Shown: one piece after another, positions 28,899-39,372 of the stretch
How positions within the stretch are numbered: position 1 is the stretch's first letter
Layout of the letters: each line of letters begins with the position of its first letter
Assembly: GCA_037308085.1 (NCBI GenBank)
Contig: CP147779.1
Span: forward strand, 480,001-544,000
Direction of reading: 5' to 3'
DNA from: Promethearchaeati archaeon SRVP18_Atabeyarchaeia-1
GTDB taxonomy: Archaea; Asgardarchaeota; Atabeyarchaeia; Atabeyarchaeales; Atabeyarchaeaceae
DNA length: 64,000 bases
The notes under the pieces: model-generated
Databases searched by the model: none
Seen by the model: the letters and a program-made list of their open reading frames with translations, nothing else
Told to the model about the DNA's origin: nothing
Translations under genes and position numbers: made by a program

Positions 28899-30113
28899 AT
28901 GGATGTTAACGATGTTGAAACTATAACTGTACTCGGCGCAGGTCACATGGGCCTGGCAATTGCGCAGGTCATCGCAATGTCAGGGTACCAAGTCAATCTA
29001 AGAGACTTGAACAAGGAAATACTTGACAGAAACATAGGTAGGATAAGATATATCCTTACAAGGTACGCCGAGAAAGGGGAGTACCCAAAGAACAACATCG
29101 AACCCACTATGAAGAGAATAAAGCCCTTCACAGATTTGAAAGAGTCGACCAGAAACTCCCAGTACGTTATTGAGACCGTTCCAGAGCAACTCGAACTCAA
29201 ACAGAAAGTCTTCAAAGATGTAGAGAAACTCGTCCCAGAGGACGTGATAATCTCAACCAACACGAGCGCCCTTCCCATAACAGAGATTCAGAGAGGAGCA
29301 AAGAAACCAAACAGAATCGTGGGAACACACTTTTTCAACCCACCTCAAAGAATCAAGCTAATTGAGATAGTATACGGCGCAAAGACAAGCGACGAAACTG
29401 TGAACTTCACACTGAAGCTCATGAAGAAAATAGATAGGGATCCAGTCGTGTGCAGGAAGGACATTCCAGGGTTCTTAGCTAACAGAACAGTAACTACAAT
29501 GCTGAATTTCTCGTCGTGGCTCGTAGATGCAGGCGAGTTCACATGCTCAGAGATAGACTCCGCCTTCCACTACAGGCTCGGACAGCCAATGGGCACATTC
29601 GGCCTAAACGACTTCTTAGGATTAAGGACGACCTACTCAGTGCAGAAATTCATAGAGCAGAGAGAGCCGGAGTGCAAAGTTCCACCAATGTGGGAGGAAT
29701 TGGTGAAATCCGGGCACAACGGCGTCGACACTGGAAAAGGGTTCTACGAGTACCCCGACAAAGTCTGGAGAAAGCCCGAATCGTGGAGCGAGAAGATAGC
29801 AGACAGATACAACCCCAATTGGTCAATGCTCGTCGGAATAAACAGAATGGCACAAATCATAAACGACGGAGCGGCAACAACGGAAGAAGTTGACAAGGCA
29901 GTGAAAATCGGCTACCTAATGCCAGTCGGCTTACTGGAACTCGCTGATCAAATGGGCATAGACAACGTAGTAAAAGAGCTCGAAGCCTTGAAGAAGAGAT
30001 TCGGAAGAATCGAAAGCATGAACTACATGCTAGAGCCGAATCCCCTCCTCAGAGAAAAAGTGAGGAAAGGAGAGTTAGGGTACAAAACAAAGAAGGGATT
30101 CTACAAACACTAA
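28899..30113 (+). CDS. 3-hydroxyacyl-CoA dehydrogenase with tandem C-terminal domains
   Basis: VLGAGHMG, ETVPE, STNTS, GTHFFNP, PGFLANR, GKGFY. Confidence 0.93.
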   Translation: MDVNDVETITVLGAGHMGLAIAQVIAMSGYQVNLRDLNKEILDRNIGRIRYILTRYAEKGEYPKNNIEPTMKRIKPFTDLKESTRNSQYVIETVPEQLELKQKVFKDVEKLVPEDVIISTNTSALPITEIQRGAKKPNRIVGTHFFNPPQRIKLIEIVYGAKTSDETVNFTLKLMKKIDRDPVVCRKDIPGFLANRTVTTMLNFSSWLVDAGEFTCSEIDSAFHYRLGQPMGTFGLNDFLGLRTTYSVQKFIEQREPECKVPPMWEELVKSGHNGVDTGKGFYEYPDKVWRKPESWSEKIADRYNPNWSMLVGINRMAQIINDGAATTEEVDKAVKIGYLMPVGLLELADQMGIDNVVKELEALKKRFGRIESMNYMLEPNPLLREKVRKGELGYKTKKGFYKH

Positions 30114-30771
30114 CCAAATGATAATCGTCGTTGCCTTTCTCTTAAGATATTGGCTTGCCCCCCGTGATTTCGCGTGGACACATTTCAGATGCTTTGCTTG
30201 GACTACCACAACTTCTTCACAGATGATCTGTGGGCCACTCAGCCATCCACCACAAATTCACGACCGCCAATTAAGTGTAGACCGACGACCATCCCGAGAA
30301 TCAAGAAGAATGTCCAATTCATTATTCGTCTAATCCATCTTCAAACGGATTCGGGAATGACCTAGTCCGAAGCCTTAGGGGTTTCGAGCTCGAGCCTAAA
30401 GCACTTAGAAAGTGCGGGGAACTCAGAGTTCATAAGGAAGATCGCTTTGTCAGTTGCAGAAGTGCTCAAGAACGAGAGGCCCATAAACCGACAATTTCGG
30501 GGATACGGAAAAGACTAGAACCCCAAATATGCCGGTCTACAGACCTGCAGCCTTCTTATCTTCGGGGCCGGAAATCGCTTCTCTCAACAAGCCATTGTAC
30601 CTCGATTCCAGTGGTCTTTGTAGAAGAATAGGATCATGTCGTTCCAGTAGTTGCCAATGGCTGCAACTTAAGGACGCGGGCTACGAAAAGAAAAAAAAGG
30701 AGAGCAATCAAGCAGATAATCTGATCTATTATCCTTATCCTGCTAGTCGACTACCGTAGGTGTTCCTTGAC

Positions 30772-30927
30772 TTAGCTCACTGCTTCGCCTGCTTTGTGCG
30801 CTGCGTGGCCCACTGCCTTGCCAGTCTTCTTCCCCGCTTTCTTCACTGCTTTGCCTGTCTTCTTCGTCGTCGACTTGGTCTTTCTAGATACCTTCTTAGC
30901 CTTCTTCCCAAATCCAAATGGGCTCGT
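30772..30927 (-). CDS. Small Lys-rich repetitive peptide (51 aa), apparent ACG start
   Basis: AGGTGAT RBS 5 nt upstream of ACG; SPFGFGKKAKKVSRKTKSTTKKTGKAVKKAGKKTGKAVGHAAHKAGEAVS. Confidence 0.5.
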   Translation of the reverse strand, partial: TSPFGFGKKAKKVSRKTKSTTKKTGKAVKKAGKKTGKAVGHAAHKAGEAVS

Positions 30928-31606
30928 TCTTGATCACCTAACATGAGTATATCTGCCCTCAAGCAGATAAGGCTATGGAGTCAGCTATCCACCGATGAAG
31001 CTTGTGGACCTGCAACTCAGGATATTATTTTATTGCCTATCCAGAATACCGTGCGCCTAAGTCAATCTCGTGTTGCCCTTCTCAGCTTCAGACAGATGAA
31101 AATCTCACATATATTGCCTGCGACCGTAGTTTCGTGAAGTTGAACTAGGGAAAAGACTAGAACCACAAGAATCTGTCCTTTTAGACCCACATACTTCTTT
31201 TTTGGCGACTAATCCCCGGGCAGAGTCGGTGATACAGCCTTCTCTCAAAAATCGGACAGCATTCAAAGGCAGTTTTTTATAAGTGGTTCAAGTCTCACGG
31301 GCTGGTCGCAGGCATTCTTCCGTTTGTGATATCTGGCGCCAGATAATTCGTTGCGTGCGAACACGTTAAAATGTTCACGTGGCAAACCAGTGTCCTGATC
31401 GGACGAGTGGTGTAAGGTCGAAATGGGCGCAAAAAACGAGAAAGGAAGCGAAAACGTTGCCCCTCCCGCGCCTGCCATCAAGAAGGGGAGCGAAACGGTG
31501 AGAAAGAAGAAGCAAATAAAGCGGACTCTGGAAAAGATAAAGGAACCCTACCCTAGACACGAGAAAAAAATGAAGTATTCTAGTAATTGCTTCATTTACC
31601 GGGCGC

Positions 31607-31885
31607 CTATTTCTTCATTTCCTTTTGCTTCAGCTTCTTATCCCGGTTCGCGACGTATGCGTCTGCCGCCTTCTTATTAAGCTTACGAAGCTCCGTGGCT
31701 ATAAGGTCAGACAGTTTTGCCGTAGTGACGTCTACCATGTTAGCTACTTTCTTGGCGATATCTTTGGCTACCTGTGCTGCCTGTTTGGCCGTCGCGCCGG
31801 CTTTCTCAACTGCAGCCACAATCTTGGATTCTGAGAATTCCTCTATTCTTCCATCTCTCTTCTTCACTTTCACCATGTCAACCAT
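31607..31885 (-). CDS. Stand-alone ATP-cone domain protein
   Basis: VKKRDGRIEEFSESKI...VTTAKLSDLIATEL. Confidence 0.85.
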   Translation of the reverse strand: MVDMVKVKKRDGRIEEFSESKIVAAVEKAGATAKQAAQVAKDIAKKVANMVDVTTAKLSDLIATELRKLNKKAADAYVANRDKKLKQKEMKK

Positions 31886-32110
31886 ATCCTTGCTTGACTG
31901 CTCTTGTAAGAGAAAGGGTTGCATTAAATACCTTGTGCCAACAGAGAACCTCTCACTAAAGAACTGAAGAGGTCGCCATTACTACAGGCATGTCTGCCCC
32001 CGCATGGAACAGAATCGAACCCACTACGCCGTCGATCTTCCGCATGACCCTCCCCCAAAACGCTAGGCCAAGCAAGAAGAATATCGGCAAGAGGACACTT
32101 CCAGCCAAGA

Positions 32111-32389
32111 ATGAATGAAGAGTTTGGGCGCCCGTACACTCTGCTTGGAGTCAAGTTTGGCCCAGGACTAATCATCGCCTCCTTACCATTCGCATTCGCA
32201 CACGTTTTGAATCCTTTCAATCCATTTGCCGGTCGCTTCGATCTAGCCCCGTGGTGGGGTCTATTCACCTTCTTTGTCGGACTATTCTTCGGACTCATCA
32301 GGGAAAAAACAGGTAGCATACTGGCATCAGGAATAGCGCACCGGCTCTCAGATGCAGTGGGACAAGGATCTATGCTCGCCTTCTCCTAG
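32111..32389 (+). pseudogene. C-terminal fragment of a CPBP (CAAX/Abi) intramembrane protease
   Basis: FAFAH, FGLIREKTGS..A..IAH; N-terminal EE motif missing. Confidence 0.7.
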
Positions 32390-32543
32390 CAACACAAAGT
32401 TCCTTATTGCTCCATAGGGCCACATTCTTCAATTTGACCACCGGTACGTAGTCTTAGCGCTCATACTGGTGATCGCATGTATTTCAATGCTAAGGGATAA
32501 CAGAGGTGCCCAAGACCGAGGTAGGTTGCAGCTGAGTTCCTGT

Positions 32544-33491
32544 TCAGGTCATGACGCCTATAGCGAAGAATGTGAAAATGAAGGCGTCTTGGACGAAGTG
32601 GATTGTCCATGCCCAGAAGAACCCCTTGGTCTCCAGCAGGCTCTTGCCTAGGAACCATCCCAGAAAGGTCGAAAGAATGACACCTATTATGCTATTTGGT
32701 ACACCATAGAAGTGACCGAGCCCAAAGTAAATGGCGGTGATTAAGAGTGCCTGGTGCTTGCCAAGGACTTTCCAGAGTTCCGAGAGGGGCGCAGCCCTTA
32801 ATGTGAATTCCTCGTTAAATGCGTTAATCGCAGCGATCAGCACGGCAACCGGAATCAAAGGTAGTCCATTTACGAAGTCATTCAACGTAGGCCTTGTTGC
32901 CATAAACAGGTAAGCGAGCGTAACTACGCTAAAGACTACCGCAAAAATAGATCCTATCTTGACCCACGTATCTGTTTCCTTGCTGTTAATTAGCTTGGAC
33001 GGCTCAACAGGCGCATTGATTTTGCCCTTGATGAGGAAGAAGTCTGGGCGTCGGCGTCCCAACAGCACCAGAAACACAATTATGATCAATGCGGGCGTGA
33101 GTCTTAGAAGATGAATTCCGACTGACAAGGGCGTCTGATTCTGCAACACTGGGCCCAGGGAACTATCGCGAACGACAAGGAGCAAACCCCAATTCCAGCC
33201 ACCTCCGTACCCGCACAAGAATATTATCAGTAGGATCACGAGAAATGGTCTAAGCGGCCGCAACGATGAGGAAGCAAAGGCAAGAGCAAGCAGTACTATC
33301 AGCCCGACAGTTGGCACCCACGGCCACCAATCCATAACCCCGGGCGCAACTGAGTTCCAGAAAACTACTGCAAGAGTACTCACAAGCAATGTCGCTACCC
33401 AAGCGACAACAAGTGAGCCCCGATTTGGAGTTATATCTGCTTTCTCGACTTGCTTCTTCATCATATTCTCCACTATGAAGGGGTCCTCCAT
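32544..33491 (-). CDS. CPBP family intramembrane metalloprotease
   Basis: NEEFTLR, FGLGH, WTIHFVQD; multi-TM. Confidence 0.88.
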   Translation of the reverse strand: MEDPFIVENMMKKQVEKADITPNRGSLVVAWVATLLVSTLAVVFWNSVAPGVMDWWPWVPTVGLIVLLALAFASSSLRPLRPFLVILLIIFLCGYGGGWNWGLLLVVRDSSLGPVLQNQTPLSVGIHLLRLTPALIIIVFLVLLGRRRPDFFLIKGKINAPVEPSKLINSKETDTWVKIGSIFAVVFSVVTLAYLFMATRPTLNDFVNGLPLIPVAVLIAAINAFNEEFTLRAAPLSELWKVLGKHQALLITAIYFGLGHFYGVPNSIIGVILSTFLGWFLGKSLLETKGFFWAWTIHFVQDAFIFTFFAIGVMT

Positions 33492-34072
33492 GGATCTTGC
33501 TTGGGTGTCTTTATCTAGAGACTATTTAAAACTTGTCACAAGAATCAAGGCATCTAATGGCTTACTGGGTCTAGGCGTCCATCAGTCTCAATTGAGTCGG
33601 TTGTAGTGGCTTCTTCGGCGCGGGATCAAAAAGGGATCAGGTGTTTACCCGAAGTAACTAGCGAACTAATCATTCTTGGTGAGCTAGTCGCAGAACCAAG
33701 TCTGAGGGTCTTGAGATCGATCCTAAAGCAATGGTGCTGTGCGGGTACATAAGAGTTCGTGAGGACATTGGCTCTATCGGTAAGAGGGTGTTAGAGAAAG
33801 AGAGGTCTGGTAGGACACGAGTTCGGGGACACAGAAAAGACTAGAAGCACAAGAATCTATCCTTACAGACTTACATTCTTCTTTTTTTGGTTTGATATCG
33901 TCTCCCTAGCAGATCGTGCAGTGAGCATGTGTGAAGAATGGAGTAGGAGCATAGTGTAACGGTAACTGCGGCGACCCACACTCAACAGCGTCCATTAATG
34001 CTAAATAGCGCCTTGTACTCAGTGCTTGCACTGCAACTATCCAGAAGAACGAAGGAGGAGAAGGGAAGAGGC

Positions 34073-34390
34073 ATGTGCGCTAATCTGATAGTGATAGCTT
34101 GGGTACCGCAAAACAAGGCAAGCAAGATAGCTGAAGTGTTCGCTAAGAATCCAACTATCAAGGGAGTCAAGAGAGTGGGCAAATGTCCCTATGCAACTCC
34201 AACCGATCGCGGCGTAAGGATCATAGACATATTCGAAGTTGAAGACACAAAAGTTGCCGAGGCGATCAGAGAGATAACCAAATGGGAACAGCCATACGCG
34301 AATGCGGTTCCGGAGATGTCCTACTCGCTTGAGCCTCTATTGACGCCAGAAGAGGCTTTCGTGGCAATAGGGATGCAGCCTCCAAAGTAG
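34073..34390 (+). CDS. Hypothetical protein (about 105 aa)
   Basis: Clean ORF with upstream TATA-like and purine-rich RBS; ferredoxin-like pattern. Confidence 0.6.
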   Translation: MCANLIVIAWVPQNKASKIAEVFAKNPTIKGVKRVGKCPYATPTDRGVRIIDIFEVEDTKVAEAIREITKWEQPYANAVPEMSYSLEPLLTPEEAFVAIGMQPPK

Positions 34391-34767
34391 ACTTCGATCC
34401 CTGTAAACAGAGAACCACCCAATGAAAGACTATCTAGAACCACCCTTCTTTTTCTACTCTCTATTCTCGTTAGCCCTTATTGCACGGGCGTGTGAGACAC
34501 ATAGGATTTCGGAGTTCATGAAGAAGCTCGCTTTGCAGGTTGCGAACGCGTCGGAGAATGAGATGCCTAAACAGGAGAAAAGACTAGAACCACGAATATG
34601 AGTGGTTAGAGACCTACAACCTTTTTTTTGACGGGCGAAGAGACACTGGCGGGTTATATCATAATATAGGATAGAACACTATGTCACTTGACTCATCGTT
34701 TGAAGCCATTATTGTGATCTCCCAATATTCTTGGCAGTGCAGGCTGATGGAAAAGGGGATTGTCCGC

Positions 34768-35064
34768 ATGAAGGCGAAGCTTAAGGACATAATATCCATT
34801 GTCAAGGCGCTTGAAGGACAAATAAGGAAAGAGTACAAGGCAGAGGTCATTGGAATTTTCGGTTCCTATGCACGGGGGGAACAGCAGGCGAGTAGTGATG
34901 TGGACATGCTCGTGAAGTTTCTGGAAGGAGCAACTCTGTTTGACTTTGTTGGTCTTGGAGATTTTCTTGAGGATAAACTCAACGTGAAGGTAGACGTTGT
35001 CTCGGAGAGAGCAATAAGGGTGGAGTTGCGGGACCAGATACTGAAAGAGGTCGTGACAGTTTGA
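34768..35064 (+). CDS. Minimal nucleotidyltransferase antitoxin (MNT)
   Basis: FGSYARG..SDVD, KVDVV. Confidence 0.92.
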   Translation: MKAKLKDIISIVKALEGQIRKEYKAEVIGIFGSYARGEQQASSDVDMLVKFLEGATLFDFVGLGDFLEDKLNVKVDVVSERAIRVELRDQILKEVVTV

Positions 35065-35399
35065 AGAGGGACATAAAGCTCTTTGTCAAAGACATAATCT
35101 CTGCTATGGACTCAATTGAGAAATTTGTCAGCGGTATGACTATTGACGAGATTCAAAAGGATGACAAGACCTCTAGTGCTGTGATTAGGAAGTTTGAAAT
35201 CATCGGAGAGGCGACAAAACATATTCCAGACGCGTTGAGAATTAAACACTCCGAGATTCCCTGGAGCAGAATGTCAGGAATGAGAGACAGACTGGTTCAT
35301 GCTTATCTTGGGATAGACTATAGGCTTGTGTGGGATGCCATTAAGATCGATATACCGAATCTCAAGCCCAAATTCGAAAGGATCTTGGTCGATCTTTAG
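35061..35399 (+). CDS. HEPN (DUF86) ribonuclease toxin
   Basis: EIIGEA, IPW..M.GMRDRLVHAY (RX4H); overlaps the MNT stop. Confidence 0.92.
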   Translation: MKRDIKLFVKDIISAMDSIEKFVSGMTIDEIQKDDKTSSAVIRKFEIIGEATKHIPDALRIKHSEIPWSRMSGMRDRLVHAYLGIDYRLVWDAIKIDIPNLKPKFERILVDL

Positions 35400-35689
35400 G
35401 ATGGACAAGGGTTAGGATTAGACCCTTAGCACCAAGAATTTGCTTCGAGCCCAAGCTTTCTGAAGAAGCCCACATTGTAGGTTGCAAACGCATTGAGGAA
35501 TGAAATGCCTAAACAGGAGAAAAGACTAGAACCACAAACATGTGTGGTTAGAGACCTACACATCCTTTTTCTGCGACTACGAATAATCTTCTATTTCGAA
35601 ACCCGCCCTGTAATTGAGACGGGCGATCATATACAAGTATTCTGGCCAGGAAGTATTATATGCCAAGGCGCACGCCTACACAACAGTTC

Positions 35690-36197
35690 CAGTCTATATA
35701 GGTTTACATAGGTGTAGGTCATACAAATTTAGGTATAACTGAAAGACTCTACGGTCTCAGGAGCCACAGGTACAAGGAGGTTGTCGAAAGCGCTAAGAAC
35801 CTATTCACTCAGCCATAACCAGGGCGAAGCACTTAGCGGTTTAATGGCAGCCTACAACACCACCCTCAATCCCATACTGCAGTGCGTCTGGCAGACGACA
35901 GAGTGGAAGCGGCACCAGATCAAAGGCGAGAAGCAGTACAGGCTCTACCCCATCTTCAGAAAGGATAACGCGTTCAGGCGGGAGCTGAGGAATAGGCACC
36001 TAGCGAGATGGAGCTACGCTGCTCACTGGGTTGACTCCGCCATGAAGACAGCCTTCAGCATCATGGCATCGTGGAAAAGGAATTACGACAAAGGTGAGAG
36101 AAGGAGAACATGTCCACGTGCGGGGAGGCTCTTTTTGCGGGTCAAGCAGACACTCCTCAAACTTGAGGGGGACACGCTCAGGATCACCGTGAAGTGA
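35690..36197 (+). mobile_element. Internally deleted IS607-like remnant: tnpA C-terminal tail plus truncated tnpB
   Basis: 35744-35818 encodes RLYGLRSHRYK (IS607 serine recombinase tail); overlapping ORF 35781-36197 has HWVDSA.KTA.SI..SW..NY and lacks RuvC. Confidence 0.75.
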
Positions 36198-36254
36198 AAA
36201 AGAAGCCCTAGCGCTTGTAACCTAGTAGAACGTGACAAGGGAGACAGTTGAGAA

Positions 36255-36926
36255 TTGGCGAAATCAAGTTCTAATATTGGATTGCTTAGAAAAGCGTCAT
36301 TATGGATCTGCGTAGCTGGCATCTGGCAACTTCTTCCAGTCATCGGGTTCATGATCCTAGTGTTCGGAATGCTCTACACGATATCAACTATGATACCGAT
36401 CCCTATAGAGGCACTCCACTCGATCTCTAACTCGTACTTGCTAGCATCCGCTATACTGTGGATCACGATACCGATTACCATCATTCTTGGCTACTACTCG
36501 TACAAAGTTGGCGTCCTTTATGGTTTCGGCTCACTCAAATTGACAGGGATCTGTAACATTATCATGACACTAGCCTACCCTGTTCTCTTCATTGGGTTGA
36601 GCCAATTCGTTCAAATGTTATCCTCGATCTTACCGTCGCCACCAGTTGACTATCCTCAGTTAATGCAAGGCTGGATAGGCTTACTTCTGATCGGAGGAGT
36701 GTTCGTTTGCTTCTTTGGCCTCATTTCGCTCATAGCGTTCATATTTGGTTCTTCCGCTATGAAGAAGAATTCTGGCATTGGAAAGTTCGGGAAGGCAATG
36801 TGGTTATCAATCGTGGGGCTGCTAATATGGTTCCTGATCCCCATTGCAGTAGCCGAATTTGGGTCCGGACTTAGAAAGCTATCGAGACCTAATACAGCAA
36901 GACCAACTGGTGCGGCGAAACAGTAA
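36255..36926 (+). CDS. Multi-pass membrane protein
   Basis: About 5 hydrophobic segments. Confidence 0.65.
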   Translation: MAKSSSNIGLLRKASLWICVAGIWQLLPVIGFMILVFGMLYTISTMIPIPIEALHSISNSYLLASAILWITIPITIILGYYSYKVGVLYGFGSLKLTGICNIIMTLAYPVLFIGLSQFVQMLSSILPSPPVDYPQLMQGWIGLLLIGGVFVCFFGLISLIAFIFGSSAMKKNSGIGKFGKAMWLSIVGLLIWFLIPIAVAEFGSGLRKLSRPNTARPTGAAKQ

Positions 36927-37333
36927 ACTCCCAGATCCGCAACAAAACGACTGATTTGTCCTCCCAAGCTCAGAGTCGAGCCCTTGACGACTAGAATCTC
37001 TCTCTAGCCTAGGTTTTCAGAAACACCCGCTTTCTGGATTGAGATGCGCGGACAGGAGAAAAGACTAGAACCACAAACATGTGTAGTCCTCTGAAATCTA
37101 AGTAAAACCCTTTTTTTCTGGCTGCACACGCGTCTCGTCGTTTGGTAGCTAGCTGACAAAGTGAAGCTAGTTCCTACGGAGAAGATCAGGAGACTTGGCG
37201 CGCGTTGTGACCGAAGATCACCCGCTGCTAGGAAGTATCATATATCGTAGCGCACGCGATATCAATGGTTATATATTTGGCTCATATGCAAGTACCGTAA
37301 TCATCCCGGTTTTGAAGGAAGAGGAGATTCAGG

Positions 37334-37900
37334 ATGTCAAGAACTGAGTCCGAAAATGGTTCAGAAGCCTGGAAGAAATTCCTGGGAAAACACTGGAGCA
37401 TAGTTGCCATGTTTGTAGTGGCAGGTCTTCTTGCATTTGTAGGCGCAGTTTGCGTCTTCTTATGGTTCGTTGGGAATGCTCAATCGACAGGCATCGTACC
37501 TGCGGCTTTGGGTCTTTGGACAATGGGAAGCGTAGTGACTTTCATTTTGTATTTGGTCTTCTGGGAGCTTCTTCTTATTGGGATCCCTGTGGCCTTAGTC
37601 GCAGTGGCTGGTTGGCAATGGTGGAAAAGGCTACCTGATAAGGAGAAGAGGGAATATCACCCCTTTGGCAAACGCTCACGTGCAAGACGCGGTGGAAGTG
37701 GAATACCCCTATTGTTCTTCGTTGCGTTCTGCATCAAGGTCTTTATCGATGGAAACTGGAACGTTGCCATTGCTACTTGGACCTTGAACTATGTTGTAAA
37801 TTCGATTATCGCAATACTGATCTGGACGGCAATTATTTTCGGAATTCCTATCGCTATAGGGCTCGTCTGGTGGATACACCATCAAGTTAAGAAGCCCTAA
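37334..37900 (+). CDS. Membrane protein
   Basis: About 4 TM segments, GAGGAG RBS. Confidence 0.7.
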   Translation: MSRTESENGSEAWKKFLGKHWSIVAMFVVAGLLAFVGAVCVFLWFVGNAQSTGIVPAALGLWTMGSVVTFILYLVFWELLLIGIPVALVAVAGWQWWKRLPDKEKREYHPFGKRSRARRGGSGIPLLFFVAFCIKVFIDGNWNVAIATWTLNYVVNSIIAILIWTAIIFGIPIAIGLVWWIHHQVKKP

Positions 37901-38149
37901 CTTCTTTCTTGCTTGCATTGGTCAGATTTTCAGAATCGTTGAAATTCAGAAGGCGGAACTACTGATGAGTGAACGCACTATACTGAGAAAGTTGGGAGCC
38001 GACACCCACATAAATGAGACATCGACATGCAGAGATCAAGGAAAATCCCGGATTCAGCAAGACAGAGTGGGCTCTGTAGCGTATAAGAAATCTGAAACAT
38101 GAGGGTTTCCTAGCGCTGGGATTCAATACACTAGAGTTGTGGTTGAGCT

Positions 38150-39082
38150 ATGAAAAGAATAAGGTTTGGGGTTCAAGCCTTGCAAGGCATGCCTGACTAC
38201 GCTAGCCTCAAGAAGGTCGTGCTAGAGTGTGAGCGCCTCAAATTTGATTCAGTGTGGGTATATGATCATCTTCACTTTAGCTATGGGCCTACACTTGAAT
38301 GCTGGACGGTTCTAGGGGCGCTGGCAGAAGCGACCAAGAGCATAAGAATTGGCCCACTGGTGACGTGCAACGCATACCGCTATCCCTCTATTCTGGCTAA
38401 GGTGGCGGCGACAGTGGATATGATCTCTAATGGGCGCCTGAACTTTGGAATAGGCGCAGGTTGGCTTAAGGAAGAAGCGATAGCATACGGCATACCATTT
38501 CCGAGAGGCCGCGAACGCGTTGAAATGCTGGACGAAGCACTGACAATAATAAGACAGCTATGGACCAAAGATAAAGCTGAATTCAAAGGCAAATACTACT
38601 CACTTAGTAGTGCAGTCTGCCTTCCCAAACCAACTCAGACACCTCATCCACCCATCCTTGTTGGCGGAGGCACAGGTACAAAAATGCTCAGAGTCATCGC
38701 TAAGCACGCTGACGCTTGGGACATGGGATTCGAAACCTCAGAAGAGATCAAAGGGGACCTTGCCAAGTTAAAGGAGGCTTGCAGTGAGGTAGGTAGAGAT
38801 CCGAATACAATTGAGAACACATACCAAAGCAGAGTTATAATAGCCGATGAGGATGAAGATGCATTTGCACGGGCGGAGAAGTGGCGAGAAGAGCGACATG
38901 GAAAAAAGGACGATCCGGACTGGAAAACCGCCATAGTTGGTTCCCCGAAGAAATGCATCGACCAGTTGAAATCCTTGGTAGATGTTGGCATAACCAGTTT
39001 CAATCTGCTCTTTCCAGACGTTTTGAAGCTTGAACCTCTACGCCTCTTCTCCGGCGAAGTGATTCCCGATTTCCAAGAATAG
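38150..39082 (+). CDS. LLM-class F420-dependent oxidoreductase
   Basis: WVYDH, LAKVAATVDMISNGRL.FGIGAGW, PPILVGGG. Confidence 0.92.
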   Translation: MKRIRFGVQALQGMPDYASLKKVVLECERLKFDSVWVYDHLHFSYGPTLECWTVLGALAEATKSIRIGPLVTCNAYRYPSILAKVAATVDMISNGRLNFGIGAGWLKEEAIAYGIPFPRGRERVEMLDEALTIIRQLWTKDKAEFKGKYYSLSSAVCLPKPTQTPHPPILVGGGTGTKMLRVIAKHADAWDMGFETSEEIKGDLAKLKEACSEVGRDPNTIENTYQSRVIIADEDEDAFARAEKWREERHGKKDDPDWKTAIVGSPKKCIDQLKSLVDVGITSFNLLFPDVLKLEPLRLFSGEVIPDFQE

Positions 39083-39372
39083 TCATTTGCTCTCTCTGCA
39101 GGCTATTTCTCGGATATGCTTACTAGGTTCTGGCTGGCGTACAGAGTAGATCAGTGCGCAATTCGGTTTCTGGTGGCTTTGGATTGGGCTCCAATAGCAG
39201 CTACGCGACGCAAAGAAAACATCATCCAAGGAGCGCTGAACATTAGTCGTACATTCTTTATCGCTGCCGACCTCTAGACGCGAATCGTCCAGGAATGAGA
39301 CGCCCAAAGAGTAGAAAAGAATATAAGGAATTCACTTTATCCGTAAGCTAATGCGGGTGGAAAGACCTGCTT

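Larger units (their letters stand above)
30508..37110 (+). repeat. Six dispersed direct repeats, core GAAAAGACTAGAA(C/G)C at 30508, 31150, 33834, 34577, 35519 and 37058
   Basis: Identical 13-nt core, shared downstream AGACCTACA-like motif and T tract, partly shared upstream 60-350 bp. Confidence 0.9.

Noticed and set aside
30508-37110. CRISPR array or classical integron attC sites
   Set aside because: Spacing is 0.6-2.7 kb and contains genes; there are no cas genes or intI in the window and no attC R-box consensus.
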